NCBI GenBank assembly: GCA_963726455.1
Contig: CAVSCK010000004.1
Coordinates: 800,001 to 864,000, forward strand
From: an uncultured bacterium
Lineage (GTDB): Bacteria > Zixibacteria > MSB-5A5 > CAIYYT01
DNA length: 64,000 nt
Direction of reading: 5' to 3'
Numbering within the stretch: position 1 is the first letter of the stretch; every line of letters starts with the position of its first letter. The translations under genes were made by a program, and so were the position numbers. The notes under the pieces were generated by a model. That model was not told where the DNA came from and did no database searches. It was given only the letters and a program-made list of their open reading frames with translations. This document shows positions 57,896 to 64,000 of the stretch, piece by piece.

Positions 57896-60800
57896 CAGAC
57901 TTCCCCGGCCTCATCACCACCCTCTGGTTTCGCGGTTGACTGTACCACGGTGTCGGGAACTGGCTCGGCCTCCGGTTCGGGCGCAGGAGTTTCGTCCGGC
58001 TGCGCCTCGCTCTCCGTGAATTTGAGCGCCTCGATTTCGATCGGTTTGCCCATGGCGTCGAAATCGACCGAGACAATCTGGCTAACGCCCGGCTGTTGCA
58101 TGGTTACGCCGTAAAGTCGATTGCATTGTTCCATCGTGCGCTTGTTGTGCGTGATCAGGATGAACTGGGTACGCTGCGAGAACTGCCGGATCATTTTCAG
58201 GAAGCGATTGACATTGGCGTCGTCCAGCGGCGCATCAACTTCATCGAGAATGCAAAACGGCGACGGCTTCACGAGGTAGATCGCAAAGAGCAGCGAAATT
58301 GCGGTAAGTGCCTTTTCACCGCCCGACAATTGCGTGATATTCAAGAGTCGCTTGCCGCGCGGACGCGCAGAGATTTGAATCGGCGACTCTAGCGGATCAT
58401 TGTCGTCCTCCAATTTCAGGTCGGCTTCGCCACCCTGGAAAAGATCACTGAAGACCTGTTGGAAGTTGGTGCGCACTTTGGTGAAAGTTTCCACGAACAT
58501 ATTGCGCGCGGTGGTGTTAATACGCGTGATCGTAGTTTTGAGATCGTCCTTCGCCTTGGTGAGGTCGGCAATCTGTTGGCCGAGGAATCGCTCGCGCTCG
58601 GCTTCTCTTTCATATTCTTCCAAGGCCAGCATGTTGACCAGTCCGAGTTGCTGTTGCTTGGTGCGGCACTCCGCAAGTTCGGTATCCAATTCTGCGAAGG
58701 TCTGCTCCGACAGTGGTTCAGGTAAGGTCATCTCGTCGGCGATAATTCCGAAAGTGTCATGCAACTGGCGGACAACGTCTTCATGCTTGGCATGGAGTTC
58801 GGTTTCGCTGACCAACAGATGTTGACCGTCTTCATTGATCTGATCGCGATTCTTGCGCGATGCCTTCAAGAGCTGATCGAATTCCGATTGCTTTTCGCCG
58901 ATCTCGGCCTGACGCTTGACCAGATGTACTTCCTGCTGGTGCAGTGTTTCGCGTTCGGAAGACGTTTCCGTAAACTGATCCCGCAGTTCGATCAGCGCAT
59001 CTTTCAGACTTTCAATTTCGACCAGCCGCTGTTCGCAGGCCTTTCTTCTTGTCTCGCTCTGGACTTCCAGTTCCTGTGTCAACTCATCCACACGGCGCAG
59101 ATTGTTCTCCAGCGAATTGCGCTCCGTCTGCAATTTCACAGTACGCAGTCGCAATTCCTCCTGCTCGCGTCCCAGTTTGGCGACTTCCTGCTCGATCGCT
59201 TCGAGAGCGGAATTGTGCGCCTGTAGCGTTTGCTGTTTGCCTTCGGAATCGCCCTGCAGTCGGCTGGCATCTTCCTGCAGCCGAGCCATCTGCTGATTAT
59301 ACTCGCCCAGTTTTTCTTCCAGACGGGTTGCGTCAGCGGACGTTTGCTGCACCCGTTCCTCGAGTTGTTTCTGTTGCAGCGAATGGCGCGTGGACTCCAA
59401 CTGTAAATTCGTCTGCGACCAGCGCAACTGTTCAAGTTGCTGGTTGAATTCCGTGAGGAGGTCGTGAAGGTGATCCCGTTCTGACTGAAGCTGCGTCAGC
59501 TCGCCTTCGGCAGCGGCCAGGCCTGAATTACTGGATTCAAGACGTTGCCGCAGGCGTGCAAGTTCGCTCTCGCGTCCCAGCAAGGCCACCGGCTTGTCGG
59601 CGCCGCCTTGGTGGAGAACCTTCGACGGATAGTAATGACCGTCAATCGTGACTACACGGAACTCGCCCTGGCTCCAATCGAGCAGTTTTTCGGCGGCGGC
59701 TTTGTCGGTAACGACTAGGACGTCGCCCAAAAGCAACTCAACCAGCTTGTGATATTCTTCGCGCGCCGTAACAACTTCCGAGGCACGGATAATGTTACCG
59801 CCGAAGCCACCCGGGCGAGCCATTTTGGTGTCGCGCTGCCAAAGGTCGAGTTCGGATTTCACGATAAAAGTTGCCCGGCCAAAATTATTCGCCTGCAGGA
59901 ATGCCACTGCTGCATTGGCGGCCGCGCGATCCCGGACGACGATATATTCGGCCGCTTCACCAAGAGCCATCTCGACGGCGCGCAAATATTCGGTGTCGGT
60001 TTGAATCAGATTTGCTGCCGTATCGATTACGCCCGGAAGTTGTTCACGATTCGCAAAGATGGCGGTGACTCCGGAGCCGTAGCCCTCGTAATGTGCAATC
60101 ATTCGCTGGTGCAATTCGATCTGCGCGCTCAGCGAGCGAACGTCGAGGACGAACTCAGACACCTGCGCACTTAGCTCCGTAATTCTCGCTTCCGTGGTTG
60201 CCAAGGCCGACTCAGAATCCTTAGCCCTTTGATCGAGAGTTTCGGTCTCCTGCGCTACTGTACTCTGCCGCGTGGCAATTTCCGTGACTGCGGCAGCAGT
60301 CTTGGCGAGATTTGCCTGATACTCGTCTAGCTTGAGACGTGACTCTTCCAACTCGCGTGCGGTATCGCCGATCTGCATATCCAGATGCCGCCGCCCCTGC
60401 TCCGAGAGATTCTTTTTGCCCTCAATTTCGAACAGATCACGTTGATAAACCTGCCCCGACTTGCGTTCTTCATCGCGCGCGGCAATCTTCTCTGCCAGTC
60501 GCGACTCCAACTCTGCGAGATCATGCTGGGCGGTTTCGAACCCGACTTTCGCCTGCTCAAGCTGGTCCCCGAGCGATACCTTTTCGCGGGCAAGTTGGAC
60601 CGCTTTGGACTTCATGCTTTCGATTTCTTTGCCGTCAGTCTGATTGGCGATTTCAGACGAACTGATCTTTTCTTCGGTAACGGAGATTTCGCGTTCCAAG
60701 CGATAGCAGTTGGACGATATCTCTTCGAATTTCGCACGCAGCTGCTTGATCTCTTCGCTCAACTCAAGCGACTGGCCGGAATAATCCTCGCGTGCCAATT

Positions 60801-61596
60801 CCCAACGGTCAATTTCACCCGATACTTCGGCCATCTTGATTTGGTTCTGCCTCTTGTCGTCGCGAACTTGATGCAGTTGCTTTGAAAGTCGGCGATAACT
60901 TTCCTTCAGCAGAACCTGCCCGACCGTCTTGATCCGGTCGTCATAATATTTGTAGCGCTCCGCTTTTTTCATCTGGCGGCTCAGACTGTTCACCTGCGTG
61001 GACACTTCGGAATGAATATCAGACAGGCGCAGCAGATCATTGTCGGTCGCCTCCAGCTTGCGCAACGCGGCTTTCTTGCGTTCCTTGTACTTGGTAATTC
61101 CCGCCGCTTCTTCAAATAGCATCCGCCGTTGGTCGGCCTTGTCGGAAAGAATCGACTCGACCATGTCGAGCTCGATAGCTGAGTACGCATGCGCGCCCAT
61201 GCCGGTATCCGCAAACATCTCGGTGATATCCTTGAGCCGGCATTGTACGCGGTTGAGCAAATACTCCGACTCACCGGAGCGGTACAATCTGCGCGTCACC
61301 GTGACATGGCTGTATTCTATTGGTAGAGTGTGATTGTCGTTTACGATATGCAGGGAAACTTCCGCCATACCCAGCGGTTTCATTTCGCGCGTTCCCGAAA
61401 AGATAACGTCCTCCATCTTGCCGCCGCGCAGGATCGAAATGCGCTGCTCGCCGAGTACCCAGCGGATGGCATCGAGAACGTTGGTCTTGCCGCAGCCATT
61501 GGGACCGACGACGCCGGTAATACCGTTGGCGAAGTCGACCGTGGTCTTCAGGGGGAACGACTTGAATCCGATTATTTCCAATCCCGATAGGTACAA
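57895..61596 (-). CDS. smc: Chromosome segregation protein SMC
   Basis: 'GFKSF...GPNGCGKTN', coiled coils, hinge, 'LSGGEK', 'LDEVDAPLD'. Confidence 0.97.
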   Translation of the reverse strand: MYLSGLEIIGFKSFPLKTTVDFANGITGVVGPNGCGKTNVLDAIRWVLGEQRISILRGGKMEDVIFSGTREMKPLGMAEVSLHIVNDNHTLPIEYSHVTVTRRLYRSGESEYLLNRVQCRLKDITEMFADTGMGAHAYSAIELDMVESILSDKADQRRMLFEEAAGITKYKERKKAALRKLEATDNDLLRLSDIHSEVSTQVNSLSRQMKKAERYKYYDDRIKTVGQVLLKESYRRLSKQLHQVRDDKRQNQIKMAEVSGEIDRWELAREDYSGQSLELSEEIKQLRAKFEEISSNCYRLEREISVTEEKISSSEIANQTDGKEIESMKSKAVQLAREKVSLGDQLEQAKVGFETAQHDLAELESRLAEKIAARDEERKSGQVYQRDLFEIEGKKNLSEQGRRHLDMQIGDTARELEESRLKLDEYQANLAKTAAAVTEIATRQSTVAQETETLDQRAKDSESALATTEARITELSAQVSEFVLDVRSLSAQIELHQRMIAHYEGYGSGVTAIFANREQLPGVIDTAANLIQTDTEYLRAVEMALGEAAEYIVVRDRAAANAAVAFLQANNFGRATFIVKSELDLWQRDTKMARPGGFGGNIIRASEVVTAREEYHKLVELLLGDVLVVTDKAAAEKLLDWSQGEFRVVTIDGHYYPSKVLHQGGADKPVALLGRESELARLRQRLESSNSGLAAAEGELTQLQSERDHLHDLLTEFNQQLEQLRWSQTNLQLESTRHSLQQKQLEERVQQTSADATRLEEKLGEYNQQMARLQEDASRLQGDSEGKQQTLQAHNSALEAIEQEVAKLGREQEELRLRTVKLQTERNSLENNLRRVDELTQELEVQSETRRKACEQRLVEIESLKDALIELRDQFTETSSERETLHQQEVHLVKRQAEIGEKQSEFDQLLKASRKNRDQINEDGQHLLVSETELHAKHEDVVRQLHDTFGIIADEMTLPEPLSEQTFAELDTELAECRTKQQQLGLVNMLALEEYEREAERERFLGQQIADLTKAKDDLKTTITRINTTARNMFVETFTKVRTNFQQVFSDLFQGGEADLKLEDDNDPLESPIQISARPRGKRLLNITQLSGGEKALTAISLLFAIYLVKPSPFCILDEVDAPLDDANVNRFLKMIRQFSQRTQFILITHNKRTMEQCNRLYGVTMQQPGVSQIVSVDFDAMGKPIEIEALKFTESEAQPDETPAPEPEAEPVPDTVVQSTAKPEGGDEAGEV

Positions 61597-61608
61597 AATC
61601 TTCTCCTC

Positions 61609-62187
61609 TTAGGTCAGGTTGAGCTGCCCGCCGATTTTGATAGCGGCCGACTGCAATTGAATCGATGTCAGCAAGTCGATCATGTGGCGATAGGTTTTCA
61701 ATTCGTCGGTGTGATAGTCCGACTTGACCAGGAAATTATGAATCGGCATGCCCCAGACGTCGGCCAGTCCAATGCGCAACCCGGCGCCCGAATGCATTGC
61801 CACCATTGCGTTGAAAACATTACGGCGTGTTTCGAAGTCCATCAACACAGTGGCTTTGAAATCGCTCACCTTGCTGAAAAACTCGCTCTTGGGTAAGCCG
61901 ATCATGTTGGTTACGTGAATGTCCGGCGAAATGGCATGAATGCCGGTCTTGCGCGTCACCTCGGTACAGCCGGACGGCACGACAACCAGCAGATCGCTCG
62001 ATGGAAAAACCGTCGGCAGTTCCGAGATCATACGTAATAACAAACTGTTCGTCTGGATGCCGTGGGGCAGCGTAATCAACATTCTCTTGCTGCCTTGAAT
62101 CGACGACGGAAATTCGAATAGTCCCTGCTGAAGCCCACGGCTTCTGCGGCGAATCACCCAATGCTGCATCCGTTCTCTCAGCTTCAT
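61609..62187 (-). CDS. Hypothetical protein resembling an isolated GT9-type N-terminal Rossmann domain
   Basis: Translationally coupled between rodZ and smc; 'LPTVFPSSDLLVVV...LMDF...SGAGLRIG' pattern. Confidence 0.55.
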   Translation of the reverse strand: MKLRERMQHWVIRRRSRGLQQGLFEFPSSIQGSKRMLITLPHGIQTNSLLLRMISELPTVFPSSDLLVVVPSGCTEVTRKTGIHAISPDIHVTNMIGLPKSEFFSKVSDFKATVLMDFETRRNVFNAMVAMHSGAGLRIGLADVWGMPIHNFLVKSDYHTDELKTYRHMIDLLTSIQLQSAAIKIGGQLNLT

Positions 62188-63083
62188 GGCGCCAACCTCG
62201 AACTGTCCACATATTTGAGATAGTTGTCGCGCGACAACCAGAATGATACCACCGATGTGTCGTTGCCATTGGCAATTTTCAACGGCAAAGCGTTTAGATA
62301 GAGATCCACTGCGTTCGCCCGTCCGAACCGCAGGAACATGCTATCTTGCATGGCAAACCAGAGCGTGTCATTAGTTCTGATCATGCCGTCCTGCAACGTT
62401 GTATCCGAATCCCTGCGGATTCTAAACCAACTCCTGCCCTTGCCGACGATAAGCAGCAATACACTGTCGGGAGCTACGCTTTCGCCCACGGTGTCGACCG
62501 CAGCGGAATCGGCTACCAGCCCGGAATCAGTAGAATCAGCCACGATCACGCTTGAATCGACGACCGCCTGCTTTTTCGGCACGCTCTTTGGAATGGCCTG
62601 CGGAATTACAACTTTGGTCGGCGTACGATAATCGAGAGTGAGTTTGACCAGAAAGAAACCGAGCACGATAATTACCACCACGAGCGCCGCAACCAGCAGC
62701 GATTTGCCGCCGCTGCGCTGCGGCTCTTCCTGACGATAGGAACTAATGGGAGTCGGCTTTGGCGCAGTCTCAGGCGGACGTACCGGACGCGGCGCCGGCT
62801 TTGCGCCTTCAATGGGCGGAGCCGGAGTTGATTGCGGCAGACGCATCAACAAATCCTCGATCGCCACGCCGAGATATTCGGAATACGCTTTGATAAACAA
62901 ATCTTTGAAAACATGATCGGGGAATATTGAATCGTCGTCGGCCTCAATGGCAGCCAGGTACTTTTCGTGTATCTTCAGGATGTTGGCAACTTCCGCCAGA
63001 GTCAGTTCCTTCTCCTGGCGCAGTTGCTTCAAGTATGAACCGATTGTTTCCTGATTCTCGTCCTGATCGAATTCGAACGTCAC
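62184..63083 (-). CDS. rodZ: RodZ-like HTH membrane protein
   Basis: 'IGSYLKQLRQEK...KIHEKYLAAIE...FIKAYSEYLG', single TM, C-terminal DUF4115-like 'SWFRI...RFGRANAVDLYLN'. Confidence 0.8.
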   Translation of the reverse strand: MTFEFDQDENQETIGSYLKQLRQEKELTLAEVANILKIHEKYLAAIEADDDSIFPDHVFKDLFIKAYSEYLGVAIEDLLMRLPQSTPAPPIEGAKPAPRPVRPPETAPKPTPISSYRQEEPQRSGGKSLLVAALVVVIIVLGFFLVKLTLDYRTPTKVVIPQAIPKSVPKKQAVVDSSVIVADSTDSGLVADSAAVDTVGESVAPDSVLLLIVGKGRSWFRIRRDSDTTLQDGMIRTNDTLWFAMQDSMFLRFGRANAVDLYLNALPLKIANGNDTSVVSFWLSRDNYLKYVDSSRLAP

Positions 63084-63721
63084 TTCGTGATCTCCCTAAC
63101 CATTCGCACAAACAACTCAATCGGAAATCCGATGACGTTGTGCAGACTGCCTTCCAACCGTTCCACCAGCAACTCTCCCATCCCCTGGATACCGTAGGCG
63201 CCGGCCTTGTCCATCGGCTCACCGGATGTTACATAAAATGAAATTGCCTCATCGGCAAGCGGATAAAATGTCACATAGCTTTTGTCATAATCGCCGGTCA
63301 CCCGACCCGACTTGTTGTCGCGAATCGCGAGCGCCGTCACGACATAATGTTTTCGTCCCGACAACGTCCGAAGAATCCTGCGCGCATCAGCGACGTCTAC
63401 CGGCTTGCCAAGTATCTTATTGTCGAGCACGACTATCGTATCTGCCGCAACGGTAATACCATTCTCGCCCGGCACATGTGCCAGCTTATGTTGCGCAATA
63501 TCGAGCGCATATTGTTCGGGTGTCACCCCGGTCGGAATATCTTCGTTGACATCGGGGATGATAACGCGGCAATCGATTCCCGCGAGCCGCAGAATCTCTC
63601 TTCGTCTGGGAGAGCCAGACGCAAGCGTAACGGGAATATTGTTGAGAAGTTGTTTCAGATCTCGTACGATATTATCGTCGACCGTCAATTCGAATCGCCT
63701 TTGCTCAGCCGTCACAGTCAT
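63080..63721 (-). CDS. maf: Maf family nucleoside triphosphate pyrophosphatase
   Basis: 'LASGSPRRREIL', 'AADTIV', 'GKP', 'DKAGAYGIQ'. Confidence 0.95.
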   Translation of the reverse strand: MTVTAEQRRFELTVDDNIVRDLKQLLNNIPVTLASGSPRRREILRLAGIDCRVIIPDVNEDIPTGVTPEQYALDIAQHKLAHVPGENGITVAADTIVVLDNKILGKPVDVADARRILRTLSGRKHYVVTALAIRDNKSGRVTGDYDKSYVTFYPLADEAISFYVTSGEPMDKAGAYGIQGMGELLVERLEGSLHNVIGFPIELFVRMVREITK

Positions 63722-64000
63722 TTTCTCTTCTCTTCGGAGTCGAGGATAATCGTCACCGGTCCCCAGTTACACAACTCGACTGCCATTTTTGCGCCGAACA
63801 TTCCCGATGCCACTTTCACGCCCTCGGCGCTTATCTTATTCTTATAGTGTTCGAACAACCTTTCCGCCGCAATCGGTTCCAGCGCGTCGGTAAATGCCGG
63901 CCGCCGACCTTTGCGCGTGTCAGCATATAATGTAAACTGACTGACGGCCAGCACCGACCCACCGACATCCGCAAGCGACAAGTTCATCTTGTCGTTGTCA
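63718..64000 (-). CDS. dtd: D-aminoacyl-tRNA deacylase (5'-truncated by window edge)
   Basis: 'KMNLS', 'VSQFTL', 'KGRRP', 'FGAKM', 'GPVT'. Confidence 0.95.
   Translation of the reverse strand, partial: DNDKMNLSLADVGGSVLAVSQFTLYADTRKGRRPAFTDALEPIAAERLFEHYKNKISAEGVKVASGMFGAKMAVELCNWGPVTIILDSEEKRK

Noticed and set aside
1-64000. CRISPR array, tRNA/rRNA, IS, integrase, prophage or in-frame Sec/Pyl recoding
   Set aside because: No regularly spaced repeats, cloverleafs, transposase or integrase motifs were seen; all split genes are frame changes rather than in-frame stops.

Overview
Chromosomal window from a diderm bacterium of moderate GC. The mix of C-terminal dockerin modules, T9SS/FlgD-type C-terminal domains and a PorV-family barrel suggests the FCB-related candidate phylum Zixibacteria; this is an inference, since no marker gene is present. 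About 51 genes are present. No rRNA, tRNA, CRISPR array or mobile element was seen. Housekeeping genes include lipB, a 2-oxoacid dehydrogenase E2, nadA, manC, tsaC, ftcD, PBP1A, rlmH, yjbQ, ftsY, smc, rodZ, maf and dtd. Main highlights: (1) a TonB-dependent transporter / T9SS-CTD protein / PorV-family operon with no SusD; (2) four secreted, non-cellulolytic dockerin proteins (M1 aminopeptidase, M23 peptidase, FG-GAP propeller, large Asp-box protein); (3) a sigma-region-4-only protein with a Cys2His2-like tail paired with an RHH protein; (4) a solitary ECF S-component next to an outer-membrane barrel; (5) a Yip1-TolC-MacA-ATPase-two-permease exporter; (6) unusual translation signals, namely orphan or tandem Shine-Dalgarno motifs and probable leaderless genes. 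Eleven single-base frameshifts, nine of them within 26.9-29.3 kb, are most likely assembly errors.
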